This document shows positions 10,701 through 20,193 of a DNA stretch of 64,000 nt, one piece after another. Within the stretch, counting starts at the first letter, position 1. The number at the start of each line of letters is the position of its first letter. The position numbers and the translations under genes are program-made. Origin of the DNA: Candidatus Daviesbacteria bacterium (GTDB taxonomy: Bacteria > Patescibacteriota > Microgenomatia > Daviesbacterales > UBA10151); contig CP066688.1 in NCBI GenBank assembly GCA_016432425.1, positions 148,368 to 212,367 of the forward strand, read 5' to 3'. Below the pieces are notes generated by a model. The model made no database searches. It was not told the origin of the DNA and saw only the letters and a list, made by a program, of their open reading frames with translations.

Positions 10701-11188
10701 AGCGAGTTGGCATCAATCCACCAAGCGCCTACTGACTGGGGTGAAAATTTGAGAATTTCTTTAAATTTTTTAAAAGCGCTGTCAATTAATTTACGGCGCT
10801 CTTCCAGCGAGTAGCCGGTTAGGAAAACAGAACCGGCATCATGCCAGTTTGTATTTTGATGATAAGTTATTCCCGCGGAAGTGGCCCAAGTGGGGGTTAC
10901 TTCCATTAATAATCCAATCTCATGTTCAGGAGGAATATTTTTTAAAAAATTAACTATTTCATCATCAAATAAAGCATCCGGTCTGACTAACCAGGTAGCC
11001 TCTAATCCCCTATCTTGAATAGCTTCAAATTGTTGTTTGGTAGTAGTGACTGGTTTTTGAGGCAAACTAAAGAAATCACTCCCCCTAATCGGATTAACAA
11101 TGGTGATAAATTTTTCCGAAGCTGCTGATACTGTATCGGCAGCAAAAAGGAAAATTAGACAAATTAGTAAACTAATTAGAAAACGCAC
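7772..11188 (-). CDS. Large exported/multi-TM protein of unknown function (1138 aa)
   Basis: It has an N-terminal signal peptide (MRFLISLLICLIFLFAADTVSAAS), a ~480 aa extracytoplasmic domain, a ~550 aa polytopic TM block and a C-terminal soluble domain. It overlaps the flippase gene by 17 nt. Confidence 0.5.
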   Translation of the reverse strand: MRFLISLLICLIFLFAADTVSAASEKFITIVNPIRGSDFFSLPQKPVTTTKQQFEAIQDRGLEATWLVRPDALFDDEIVNFLKNIPPEHEIGLLMEVTPTWATSAGITYHQNTNWHDAGSVFLTGYSLEERRKLIDSAFKKFKEILKFSPQSVGAWWIDANSLIFMKQNYGIVANLDVADQYTTDNYQVWGQYFSTPFYPASRNALVPASGADQKIGVLTIQWAARDPYNSFGNGVLDSTYSVQANDYANPKYHNLTTDYFKKLLRIYLDNPYSSLGQVTVGLENDFSWVEYGKEYINQLETVANLQKTGVKVVTMSDFARRYSALFPTTSPPKIIFAQDPLGGSGAVVWYQTSKYRLGWFYTKDGSVIRDLREYFDSHDEPCLIQACASLNLAMMETKNLDEVSFGDRWLIDEGKISQIEVKPTVLGLQISYLNQANTKRTLEFLPNDIKIDGISRPISVAISQAISSSHQVTKMPHSFQNYLYENIFIVLFKQLKNLMIFLIFSAIFFYLPGLSVLRKTTLTDNEKFILSIPLGICLFTLGAFLLGFVKFYWGLLAIPLISILYLQKNLIRPKISWSREFLISSLLIIGASVVWLLTSVKNGLLFDYGLGFWGPNGHDAIWHFSLAERVKEGLPLQSPNFSNTVLTNYHYFYDLLLGVTSQLTSISVNDLYFRLYPLVLAIFIGILTYLLVNAWSNSRLAAKWSVFFVYFGGSFGWVLSYFKEKSLGGESLFWAQQSISTLLNHPLAISLLLFLAGLVLFQKLNDQKRQQALMIPLIILWGSLIEFKVYGGILVLASLFLLTLIETVKQKYDLIKLTGPMLILSALIFLPNNLAGGTLLIFSPFWLVHSMVDSVDRLNFARLSLARMNGLETGNYFKFLAAEVLGLIIFVIGNLGTRIVVLLSGAKFLKLNRWNLFMGIFLGLSLTIPLLFIQKGGSFNIVQFFYYFIFIFNLLAGISIAFLINQFKSWGKIFALVIVILTIPTTFDTLNHFLPQRPPARISRAELAALDFLRQLPQGVVLNFYYDERLKQKFVEPIPLLAYESTGYVGAFSGQREFLADTVNLNILGVDFRGRLQIAKDIFALREEEIVKRYLQEFKIKYIYTPKIADFTPDQQKFDLKSIYKNEEVEIFQNINL

Positions 11189-12623
11189 TTTTAACCTCCT
11201 GAAGATTTTGGGAAATCTTATCTTTAGCTAAGATAATAATTAGTCCCAGATAAATTGCTGCCCCAGCTATAACCATTTCCAGCAGTGATAAAGTATCATA
11301 GACCAAAAATTGTGAAAAGTAAAAAACTATCGCCCCCATCACCATGCTGGCTACCAGTGGTTGCCAAATATTTTTCCAAATTTCCACTTCCACAAAACGC
11401 TTAACTATGATAATGGTAATAATGGAAGTAAAAGAGATCGCTGCCGAGGAAATCCCCACCCCTATAAAACCATATTTAATGGTTAACAAGGGTGTTAAGA
11501 TCCAGGTAATCACGGTCCAAAAAATCATCAATTTTAAAGTTAATTTTATTTGGCCAATGGCATTTAAAGTATTGGTAAAGGTGGTCGAAAGAGTGGCCCA
11601 AAAAGTAGAAACAGAAAAAAGGTAAAAAACCGGCAAAGCCGGCTGCCATTTATCTGAAACTACGTGGGCTACCAATGAGGGGGCCAGTGCCAGTAAGCCA
11701 AAAAACATCGGGTATAAAAAAAGGGTGGTTAAAAAAAGAGATTTTTCCACTGCCACCTTTAACATTTTTTGGTCTTCTTGTAACCTGGCAAAAGTGGGGA
11801 AACTGACCCGAATGACAATATTCATTACCTCCAGCGGCAAAAAAGCTAAATTTTGAGCCCAAGTGACATAACCTACTCCAACAGAACCAATCATCTTGGC
11901 AATCACCAGCGGTACTAAACGGTCTTTAAGTAAAGAAAGAAGTGAATTTAGTTGATAAGGTATCCCAAAATTAAGTAAAACTTTTGCAGAAGACCGGGAA
12001 AAACCAAAACCAATTTTCCAGGGAGCAAGCAGATAAATCGTCACCACCCCCACCATAGCTCGCAGTAGTGTAGCAGCGGAAAAAGCTGCCAAATCAGCTT
12101 TCATTAATACCAAAATTAGTAGTACCACATTGAAGGTAAGCGTTTCTAAAATCTCCACCCCTACTAAAGGATTAAACTTGAGCTCACGCTCCAATAAGAC
12201 CGAAGGGATCACTTTAAAGGAAGTGATTAAAAAAGATACTCCTAATGCCCTAATCAGCCACATCCCTTGATCATTCAGGTTATAAAGATGAGCTAAAAAT
12301 GGGGCAGAAAACCAAATAACTACCGTCAAAACTACAATCAAAGTTTCTTGAATAGTAAAAGTGGTTCGCAAATCCTCTGCCGTCACCTTATCTTTTTTTT
12401 GAATAATGGCTGCAGCTAAACCAATATCAGAAAAAAAGCTAAAAAAAGAAACAGCGGCGGTGGCAATATTAAAAATTCCCAAAGTACTGACAGATAAGAT
12501 GCGGGCCAGTATTAAGTTAATAGTGATAAAACTAATCGCCTGCAGCGCTACCCGACGGAAAGTTAAGCTTAAGGCTCCAGCCACAGCTCGTTTGGAAATT
12601 GTGGACAAATCCAACTGGTTCAT
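11172..12623 (-). CDS. Oligosaccharide/polysaccharide flippase (MOP/Wzx-like)
   Basis: 483 aa with roughly 12-14 TM helices. The N-terminal region (MNQLDLSTISKRAVAGALSLTFRRVALQAISFITINLILARIL) is typical of Wzx/polysaccharide-biosynthesis proteins. Confidence 0.65.
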   Translation of the reverse strand: MNQLDLSTISKRAVAGALSLTFRRVALQAISFITINLILARILSVSTLGIFNIATAAVSFFSFFSDIGLAAAIIQKKDKVTAEDLRTTFTIQETLIVVLTVVIWFSAPFLAHLYNLNDQGMWLIRALGVSFLITSFKVIPSVLLERELKFNPLVGVEILETLTFNVVLLILVLMKADLAAFSAATLLRAMVGVVTIYLLAPWKIGFGFSRSSAKVLLNFGIPYQLNSLLSLLKDRLVPLVIAKMIGSVGVGYVTWAQNLAFLPLEVMNIVIRVSFPTFARLQEDQKMLKVAVEKSLFLTTLFLYPMFFGLLALAPSLVAHVVSDKWQPALPVFYLFSVSTFWATLSTTFTNTLNAIGQIKLTLKLMIFWTVITWILTPLLTIKYGFIGVGISSAAISFTSIITIIIVKRFVEVEIWKNIWQPLVASMVMGAIVFYFSQFLVYDTLSLLEMVIAGAAIYLGLIIILAKDKISQNLQEVKSAFSN

Positions 12624-14311
12624 GGTTTTTTAATTAATTTGTATACAGCAATAAAAACAGCCGACAATGACAGGAAGGAAATAATATTCGCTAGGGAGCG
12701 AATTGGGCTGTCAAATAGTTTGGCAAAAACCGTATGTTTACCGGCAGGAACTACAAAGGTGGGTTGGCCCAAATCATTTTTGTTGTCAAAAGAAATTTGT
12801 TTTTGATCCAGAAAAACTTTCCAGATAGGAAAATCAATAACCGGCAACCTGACGGTAGCGCTAGAACTACTTTCTATATTAAAGAAAAGCCAATTAGTCC
12901 CCCGCTGAAAATTAGTTACCAGCGCCTGACCTTCTAGAATTTCTGCTGTTTCTAAAGCAGCAGATCCGGGTGGAAATTTGGCAGTTTTGGGTAAATAATC
13001 AAAAATGCCCGCTGTTCTCTGTAAATCCCACAAAGCTCCGGATAACTTTTCCTGATCAGTTAAAGGAATGGGCCGCTCGATCTTAAAGAAGCCCTGATAA
13101 AGCACCAATAAAGCCACCACCATTACTACTGCTAAACCTGATCGTAATTTTTTACTGAGAGGCAAAGCTACCAAGCTACCGGCCACAAAAGAGGAACTAA
13201 AAATAGTCACCGCCAAAAGCCTCCAGGGAAATTGCAAGGTTTGTAAAATTGTTATTTTTTCCCAAATAAAATTAGACCTAGGATGCATTAAAAAAGCCGC
13301 TCCCCAGAAACTTAAACCAAATAAAAATAATATTAAACTCATTTGCCGTTCTTTCCGCCACAGCAACGCTCCTGCGATTAAACAAGCTAAAACCGTACCC
13401 CAATGCAGCCAGCCAATTTGGAAACTCATGCCATCACTGGGCCCCCAAATTGACCCTCCATATCCCCAAAAGGTAGAAATAAATAATTGATTAAGATCTA
13501 CAAAATGAGCTAAATAATTAAAATAGCCAATAAATAAAGTCTCTAAATGAACGTTTTTTCCCTCCAGTAAAACCGGCAAAGAGAAAAAGGCCGAGAGCCC
13601 CCAGCCCCACAGGGCGGCAACCACTAATTTAATGATAACGGAAAGTTTACGCTCCTGCCAAATCCACAGTAGAGCCCAAACTGCCATCAGAGGCGTAAAA
13701 ACTAAAGCCATGGGGTTGTGAGAAGTTAAAAAAAGGCCAGTGGATACTGCTAAAAACAAGATATTTTTTAAAATTGGTTTTTGAATACTTAAATAAATGG
13801 CCAAAAAAACTGCCGGCGTCCAAGCCAGAGACCAGCTTTCGGCCATGGCCCCCCTGACATACACATCCACACTATGGTAAGGAGCATAAACATAAAATAG
13901 GGCTGAAAGTAGTCCCCCTAAATTACCCCAAAACTTTCGTCCCAAGAAAAACATAGATACTGCTGAAACCAGGAAACTTAAAATAAATAAAATTTTCACC
14001 GAAACAATTAAAGCCATTGTGTTAGTAAAAATAGAGACAAATTTATAGATTAGTTCTCCCAAATAATAGGGCATCACGGGATAAAAATTAAACAGGGGAT
14101 AACCGAAACCAAAACCCATATCCGGCACCCAGCGACAAGGTATCTGTCCGTCTCGGAAACAAAAATCCATTTCCCAAATTCTCATCACTTGCAGGTCATC
14201 GTGCATACCAAAATAGCCGGGCTGGAGCAGAGTGGAAAAAGAGGGAATGCTCAGCAGCAAAACCAACATTAACCATTTAAAAGTAGTTGTTTTAATTAAA
14301 TTACTGATCAT
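12620..14311 (-). CDS. Polytopic membrane protein, putative GT-C-like glycosyltransferase
   Basis: 563 aa, mostly TM, with a C-terminal soluble part. It is translationally coupled to its neighbours by 4-nt overlaps. Confidence 0.4.
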   Translation of the reverse strand: MISNLIKTTTFKWLMLVLLLSIPSFSTLLQPGYFGMHDDLQVMRIWEMDFCFRDGQIPCRWVPDMGFGFGYPLFNFYPVMPYYLGELIYKFVSIFTNTMALIVSVKILFILSFLVSAVSMFFLGRKFWGNLGGLLSALFYVYAPYHSVDVYVRGAMAESWSLAWTPAVFLAIYLSIQKPILKNILFLAVSTGLFLTSHNPMALVFTPLMAVWALLWIWQERKLSVIIKLVVAALWGWGLSAFFSLPVLLEGKNVHLETLFIGYFNYLAHFVDLNQLFISTFWGYGGSIWGPSDGMSFQIGWLHWGTVLACLIAGALLWRKERQMSLILFLFGLSFWGAAFLMHPRSNFIWEKITILQTLQFPWRLLAVTIFSSSFVAGSLVALPLSKKLRSGLAVVMVVALLVLYQGFFKIERPIPLTDQEKLSGALWDLQRTAGIFDYLPKTAKFPPGSAALETAEILEGQALVTNFQRGTNWLFFNIESSSSATVRLPVIDFPIWKVFLDQKQISFDNKNDLGQPTFVVPAGKHTVFAKLFDSPIRSLANIISFLSLSAVFIAVYKLIKKP

Positions 14312-15804
14312 GGCAAAACTTTATATAAGATAATTGCATCTGGGGCAAATTTGGGATTTAGTGGCTTAGCCTTAGGGTACTGCTTAAGAAGCACTCCTCC
14401 GGCTAAATTTTCTCCCACCCGACCTTTATTGGCCACAAAAAAGGTCTGGTTTTGTTTCGCACTGGCACGCAGCTGCGCCGAGATAGTCGCGCTTCCTCCT
14501 ACCACCCGAATATCTGCTTTGTCTAAATAGATATATAAACCATCCGGCAAGGTACCAAAAAATCCCTCCGTCCCCACCACTACCGGGCCGGATGCTTTTT
14601 GGGCTATTAAATAGTCAGCAATCTCTTTAAAATTATAGCCGGCAGTCCAATCTTCTAAATAGCCTCTTCTTTCTCCAGCCGGTAGATTAGCTTTTTCTGG
14701 TGCAGTTAATATCTGATAATCAAAACTTATCGGCAATGCTATTAAAGCTGCTACAGCAGCAAAAATTAACAACGGTTTTTTTAAGTTAAATCTTTGCCAA
14801 AAATTTTCTAAACCCAAGGCAGCGATAATTAAAAGAGGAGGGACAGAAAAAAGTAAATAGCGGGCAGTAAAAGTTTTCAAAATTGCCATTTGAATAATCA
14901 GCGGAATCAAAGCCCAAAGCAAAATAACTATTGCTAATTTTTGCCTTTTTAAAATAACGGATATTACCCCCCAGATGGTTAATAAAAAGAGGGGCAGGGT
15001 AAAAAGTTTACTGGCAAAATCTACTACATCGCGCAGATGTGGAACAAAAGGATCTAGAGGATGAGTCAATACCTCTGATAAAGAAAACATATAATCATTG
15101 TTGCGCAGTGACAGCTGTTGAAATTCCGGACCCAAACGCAGCAAATTATAAATAGTCAGAGCAATCCCCAAGGCTACCAGCCAAAAAATTAACAGTTTTG
15201 GGAAACTATTTTTTCTGATTTTTTTAAAATCAAGACCTAAGGCTGTAACAGGTAAAATCAGCAGATTCACCATGGCCGGAGTTTTGGTTAAAAGTCCCCC
15301 GCCCAATAGATATCCTAAAATCATTGCCACATCTAATCTTTGCTCCCGCAATAACCAAAGTGCAAAATACGCTGACCAAATAGAAAAAGCTGCCAACATC
15401 GAATCAACCAAAGCCATCCGGTCAAAAAAAACAGTGTAGGGTAAGACGACAAAAAATAAAGTTGCCAAAAGGGCCACTCTACTACCAAATATTTTTTTAC
15501 TTAAAAAAAATACTCCCAGTAAAGTTAAACAGCCAGAAATTACGGAAAGAAACCTACCGGCTAGCAACGGATCGGAGAAAATTTTAAATAAAGGCATCAT
15601 TAACCACATAAAAAGGGGGGTTTTACCATCGGATAAAGGCAAAAACCGCAAACCTGGTTCTGCTCTCATGATTTGTGCCCAACGGATATAAATAGCTTCA
15701 TCAGCAAAAATTGGCTGCAGGGTTAGATTTGGTAAACGGAGGGCAAAATATAAAATTATTAAACTTAAAAAAAATAGGTTAGTCTTGCTTTTCATTAAAC
15801 TCAT
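14308..15804 (-). CDS. GT-C glycosyltransferase, ArnT/PMT (GT39/GT83)-like
   Basis: An N-terminal ADEAIYIRWAQ motif (the DE motif in the first periplasmic loop of ArnT/PMT-family enzymes) is followed by ~11 TM helices. Confidence 0.6.
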   Translation of the reverse strand: MSLMKSKTNLFFLSLIILYFALRLPNLTLQPIFADEAIYIRWAQIMRAEPGLRFLPLSDGKTPLFMWLMMPLFKIFSDPLLAGRFLSVISGCLTLLGVFFLSKKIFGSRVALLATLFFVVLPYTVFFDRMALVDSMLAAFSIWSAYFALWLLREQRLDVAMILGYLLGGGLLTKTPAMVNLLILPVTALGLDFKKIRKNSFPKLLIFWLVALGIALTIYNLLRLGPEFQQLSLRNNDYMFSLSEVLTHPLDPFVPHLRDVVDFASKLFTLPLFLLTIWGVISVILKRQKLAIVILLWALIPLIIQMAILKTFTARYLLFSVPPLLIIAALGLENFWQRFNLKKPLLIFAAVAALIALPISFDYQILTAPEKANLPAGERRGYLEDWTAGYNFKEIADYLIAQKASGPVVVGTEGFFGTLPDGLYIYLDKADIRVVGGSATISAQLRASAKQNQTFFVANKGRVGENLAGGVLLKQYPKAKPLNPKFAPDAIILYKVLP

Positions 15805-15835
15805 AAGTTTTATTAATTATTATACAATCTTTTAC

Positions 15836-17281
15836 TTAAGGAAGATTAATCTGGTTTACCAGCAAAATTTTATCCCGATCAGTTCCAATGATAGTGTAAT
15901 CACTAGATTTAATTTTTTGTTCATCTAATCTCCATTGATAGGTGATTATTAAATTAATATTTTCTTCTTTTAAAATCTCAGTTAAAGTTCCCCGCTTAAT
16001 TTGCTGAACTACTTTTCCTGAGTAAAAATTAGCTGAAGGGATAAAATCCCCATCTATATATAAAGGGTCAGCAGAGCTGCTTTGCAAGTAAGAATACTCC
16101 GCTGCCTTTCTGGATAAAATCGCCTCATCCGAAACGTACTTAGAAACATCAATAAATTGGTACCAGGATATTTTTAATTGCATAAAGGAAATATAAATAC
16201 TTGCCAACAAAATTACCCCTATGGCCAATTTCTGCGAAAAAATCCTTTTAATGAATCCAAAAGTTAAACCCAAAGCAGCTAAGATTAGAATTGGGTGCAA
16301 AGGTATTAAATGCCAAATATGGCCTTTGTCAGAAAAAATAAAGGGCAGGAAAAAACTTAAGAAAAATAAAGACAATATCCAAAAACTTCTCGATCGAGAA
16401 AAAAATGGTCCGGCGAAAATTGCTGCTACCCCCGGCCAAAACCATTTTCCCACTCCACTATGCAGGTATTCTTTCATTAACCTTAAATTTTCCCCCAAAT
16501 TAGTTTCTGTCTTAATTCCGGGTAAACCTATCCCCAAATAATGATTTAAAAAATTAGGCTCTTTCGATAATTGATATAAAAACCAACCACCCACAATCAA
16601 AATAAACATCAGCAGCGGCCCCATAAATTCTTTAAAAGAGATCTTTGTTTTCCAGAAAATTAAAATTAAAGCCGGGATAATAGTTAAAGGAACTAAAGTT
16701 TTGGACAGAAAAAGAAAAGACAGGCTAATAAAAAATGGCGGCAAGAATTTAGAATTTTTAGCAGCTTTCAAAATCAGTAATAAACTCAGTAAAAAGAAAA
16801 AAGTCAGAGGAACATCTAAGTTCCCGGACCTGGCTCTGAATAAAAACCAGAAGGAGGAGGGGAGAGCAATGGCTGAGGCTAAACCTATCCAGCGGTTAAA
16901 TAACTCTTTACCTAAAAAGTATACTACTGCCAAACTTGCCAGCCCTAAAATCGCTGAAGTGGCCCGTACCCAAAACTCACTATCACCAAAAGTCTTGATC
17001 AAAACAGCCATTAAACTAAAAACAGCCGGGGGATGATCAAGATAAGAACTGCCATTCCAAGTTAAATTTATAAAATCTCCAGTTTGAGCAATGTTGCGGG
17101 CAATTGAGCCATACCAAGCTTCATCAAAACTGACTAAAGAAGAATCTCCTAATTTATAGAAAAAAAGCGGGGAGAAGATAAGTAGGACCAAGATAACTAG
17201 TAGATTAAATCTCTTCTCAATATTTACCATGTAAATCATTCCAGCGGATACGGAGGATATCATAAATCGCCGCCAAAGCAT
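15836..17281 (-). CDS. GT-C glycosyltransferase, ArnT/PMT-like
   Basis: FDEAWYGSIARNIAQTGDF is the conserved first-loop DE motif. The protein is polytopic. Confidence 0.6.
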   Translation of the reverse strand: MLWRRFMISSVSAGMIYMVNIEKRFNLLVILVLLIFSPLFFYKLGDSSLVSFDEAWYGSIARNIAQTGDFINLTWNGSSYLDHPPAVFSLMAVLIKTFGDSEFWVRATSAILGLASLAVVYFLGKELFNRWIGLASAIALPSSFWFLFRARSGNLDVPLTFFFLLSLLLILKAAKNSKFLPPFFISLSFLFLSKTLVPLTIIPALILIFWKTKISFKEFMGPLLMFILIVGGWFLYQLSKEPNFLNHYLGIGLPGIKTETNLGENLRLMKEYLHSGVGKWFWPGVAAIFAGPFFSRSRSFWILSLFFLSFFLPFIFSDKGHIWHLIPLHPILILAALGLTFGFIKRIFSQKLAIGVILLASIYISFMQLKISWYQFIDVSKYVSDEAILSRKAAEYSYLQSSSADPLYIDGDFIPSANFYSGKVVQQIKRGTLTEILKEENINLIITYQWRLDEQKIKSSDYTIIGTDRDKILLVNQINLP

Positions 17282-17951
17282 CTTTTAAAAATTGCACCCT
17301 CTCGGTATCCACATAATTCCACTCCACCGGCACTTCAGCAATTTTGAAACCATATTTTTTAGCCAAATATAAAATCTCCACATCAAAACCGGCATTAACT
17401 GCTCCTCCCCCGGTATGAACCACCCCCCATTCATCTTTTATTTGGGGGATAATTTTGGCAATGGCAGCCTGGTTAAAAGCTTTAAAACCGCATTGGGTAT
17501 CCCGGAAAGGCAGACCTAAAAATATCGTTCTGATCAGTGTCCAACCATTGGCCATTATTTTTCTGATTAGAGGCGCACCTTTTCTGCCGGCTCGGGAGCC
17601 AATGACAATATCAAAACCGCTCTCAAATTTGGGGAAGAATTTCTCAATCTGATTTAGCGGTGTAGCTTGGTCCATATCGGTAAAAAGAGCAAGCTCTCCT
17701 TTGGCAGAAAGCAGTCCAGTCATGACTGTAAAAGCCTTGCCTCCATGGCGATTTTCTATTAATTTAAAGTTTTTCATATTTTTCATCTGCTGTTTAGCCA
17801 CCGAGGCCGTGTTATCGGAAGAACCGTCATCTACCACCAAAACTTCATAAGGGTAATCCACAGTTTTTAAGTAATTATTAACTTCATTTAATACCCCATT
17901 TTTAATATTTTTCTCTTCATTATAGGCTGGTATAATTACTGATAATTTCAT
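17217..17951 (-). CDS. Polyprenol-phosphate sugar synthase (GT2, DPM1/GtrB-like)
   Basis: MKLSVIIPAYNEEKNI...VLVVDDGSSDNT...TDMDQ. A short soluble GT2 of 244 aa. Confidence 0.75.
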   Translation of the reverse strand: MKLSVIIPAYNEEKNIKNGVLNEVNNYLKTVDYPYEVLVVDDGSSDNTASVAKQQMKNMKNFKLIENRHGGKAFTVMTGLLSAKGELALFTDMDQATPLNQIEKFFPKFESGFDIVIGSRAGRKGAPLIRKIMANGWTLIRTIFLGLPFRDTQCGFKAFNQAAIAKIIPQIKDEWGVVHTGGGAVNAGFDVEILYLAKKYGFKIAEVPVEWNYVDTERVQFLKDALAAIYDILRIRWNDLHGKY

Positions 17952-20167
17952 GACCTAACCTTCCTCGACTCTGGCGGTTTCCCGCTAGGATTATGTATTA
18001 GTTTAAATACTTTTACACCTCTAAACTGTGACTCTTCTTCTACCTTAGCCCAACCAAAGTGGGAAATTTCTTGTTTGGGATGGCCAATTGGCTCACAGAC
18101 AGGATCTTCACAAACCACAAATAACTGCTCCGTTATTTCAAATGGTATTTGAGCTGGTTTGTATCCATACAAACCTAAATAAAATTGATATGCAGCATCA
18201 TAGTTGTTTTTAGCGATCAGGGCAAAATTAAATGGTTTGTCCGCTGATTTCTCAATTACATACTTGGCTATATCCTGTGTCCTCTGTAGTTGGTTATTGG
18301 GCGCAAGAGTTAAGGGGCTTTTTTGTAGATTAAAAACTGCCAGAACTACAATCAAAACCGCGGCTGATATTTTCATTAATTGTTTTAATGGGCCAGTGTA
18401 AAAAAATGCTAAACTATAAAAACTCCCCAGTAGGATAAATGGTACCGGACTGACAAACCCTAAATAGTGGGCATAAACATTTTGTTTATATAAAGCCAAA
18501 CCTAAAAGTGATCCTGCGAGCCAAACACCTAACATTAAATAGGGCCAAGATAAAATACCATCCTTAATTTTTCTCCCGAAAAACAATGCTAAAGGTATTA
18601 AAACTGCAACTGAGGTAATTAAAGTCAAGGTTTTCTCTTGGACTGTCAAGTAAGTGCCAATTAAAGATTCTTGGTAGAGAGGGACAATCCTAAACAGAGA
18701 GTTGACAGGGTTTAAGTTAACAGTAGCCTCCCTGTTACCAAAAAAATTTTGCAAGGCCTGAAAGTTCATAAAATTATGTTTTAAGTCAAAAAGTAGGAGC
18801 GGGGACATTAAAATTAAAAATACCAAAATAGCCAATATTGTTCCCGACCTCACATTTCCTAATTCCCTTTTTTGAGACTTACTATAAATTATTTGATGTA
18901 GCCATAAAACTGCTGCTATAGGAATTAAAATTAAAGCCAGATAATGCATTTGGACAACAAAAGCCAGCGCTCCCCCGCTTAAAATGAGCCAGCGGAAATT
19001 ACCTGTTTGATGGATTTTATATAAACCAAATATGCAAAGTAAGGCAAAAAATGGCGCCGGATTAGGATTCCAAGATGAGCGGGAATAGATGATATTGACC
19101 GGTGAAATACTATAAAGAAAGGCTGCTACCAAACCGGCCTGTTTGGAAAACCACTGGCTCGTTAGATGGTAAATCAACCAGACTGTTAAAATTCCAATGA
19201 CAGCTACCTGGTAAGCTGCCGCGACGGGATTTAGCCAAAAAATAGCCATGGGAATTGCCATCATATAGTAATAAAGGGGGCCTAAATAAATATTGCCAAT
19301 GGAGGTAGGTGGGCCAATAAATGGTAGGTCACGTTCCACTAATAATTTTTTAATTACCAAAGCATCTCTCCCTTCATCGCCCAAAAAGGTCATATATTCC
19401 GGTAGGCGGTAAAATCGCAAAATCGCCGTTAACCCTAAAAGTAACATCAAAATTAGAAATTCTTTTTTATCCAAAAGTACCCACCACAGTTTTAGTAAAT
19501 CTAAATAACTTTTAGCGACCACTTTTAAATTGGCTCCGGTTTGGGTACCGAATTTTCTCGGGTAATGGTGTACTCCCACCTCTAAAATTTTAAAACCCAT
19601 TCTTCGGGCTTTAACCAAAAACTCTATCTGGGTGACTTTTTCCTCCCCCACTAACGGTTGAACTTTTTCAAAAACTTGTTTTTTAATTAATTTAAATCCA
19701 CAAGAATAATCTCTGACATTTAAACCTAAAAGTAGTTTTGCCCCTACATTCCACACATAAGCTCCCACTATTCTGCTGAAAGAGTCCATTCTTTTAAGCC
19801 TATATCCCAAAACTAAATCTGCCTGATCAGCTTTTTCCAAAAGTTTTTTAATCTCGCCAAAGTCAAATTGGCCATCTGAATCGGCAAAAGCTACCCAGGA
19901 AAATTTAGCTGCCTTGAATCCGGTTTTTAGCGCTGCCCCATAGCCTAAATTGTGGGGGTGGGCCACCAATTTAATTTTTCTGTTTGTTTGCGAAAAATTC
20001 TCAACGATTTCTCTGGTTTTATCTTTTGATCCATCATCCACCACCACAATTTCATAATCTTCTAAGGTCAATCCTGTCAGAACTTTTACTGAGTCCGCAA
20101 TAGTTTTTTGGATATTAGCTTCTTCGTTAAAAGCCGGGAAGAAAACAGATAATTTGTCTACACTCAT
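17948..20167 (-). CDS. Fusion protein: N-terminal GT2 polyprenol-phosphate sugar synthase plus C-terminal polytopic GT-C-like domain
   Basis: The N-terminal ~230 aa carry SVFFPAFNEEANI...VVVDDGSKDKT...FADSDGQ. The C-terminal ~500 aa are multi-TM. Confidence 0.7.
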   Translation of the reverse strand: MSVDKLSVFFPAFNEEANIQKTIADSVKVLTGLTLEDYEIVVVDDGSKDKTREIVENFSQTNRKIKLVAHPHNLGYGAALKTGFKAAKFSWVAFADSDGQFDFGEIKKLLEKADQADLVLGYRLKRMDSFSRIVGAYVWNVGAKLLLGLNVRDYSCGFKLIKKQVFEKVQPLVGEEKVTQIEFLVKARRMGFKILEVGVHHYPRKFGTQTGANLKVVAKSYLDLLKLWWVLLDKKEFLILMLLLGLTAILRFYRLPEYMTFLGDEGRDALVIKKLLVERDLPFIGPPTSIGNIYLGPLYYYMMAIPMAIFWLNPVAAAYQVAVIGILTVWLIYHLTSQWFSKQAGLVAAFLYSISPVNIIYSRSSWNPNPAPFFALLCIFGLYKIHQTGNFRWLILSGGALAFVVQMHYLALILIPIAAVLWLHQIIYSKSQKRELGNVRSGTILAILVFLILMSPLLLFDLKHNFMNFQALQNFFGNREATVNLNPVNSLFRIVPLYQESLIGTYLTVQEKTLTLITSVAVLIPLALFFGRKIKDGILSWPYLMLGVWLAGSLLGLALYKQNVYAHYLGFVSPVPFILLGSFYSLAFFYTGPLKQLMKISAAVLIVVLAVFNLQKSPLTLAPNNQLQRTQDIAKYVIEKSADKPFNFALIAKNNYDAAYQFYLGLYGYKPAQIPFEITEQLFVVCEDPVCEPIGHPKQEISHFGWAKVEEESQFRGVKVFKLIHNPSGKPPESRKVRS

Positions 20168-20193
20168 CTTTAAAAGTATACTATACTTAGTTT

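Noticed and set aside
16221-17036. Plus-strand ORFs 16221..16541 and 16701..17036
   Set aside because: They are antisense within the ArnT-like GT-C gene. K/R-rich low-complexity translations like these are typical of antisense readings of TM-rich genes.
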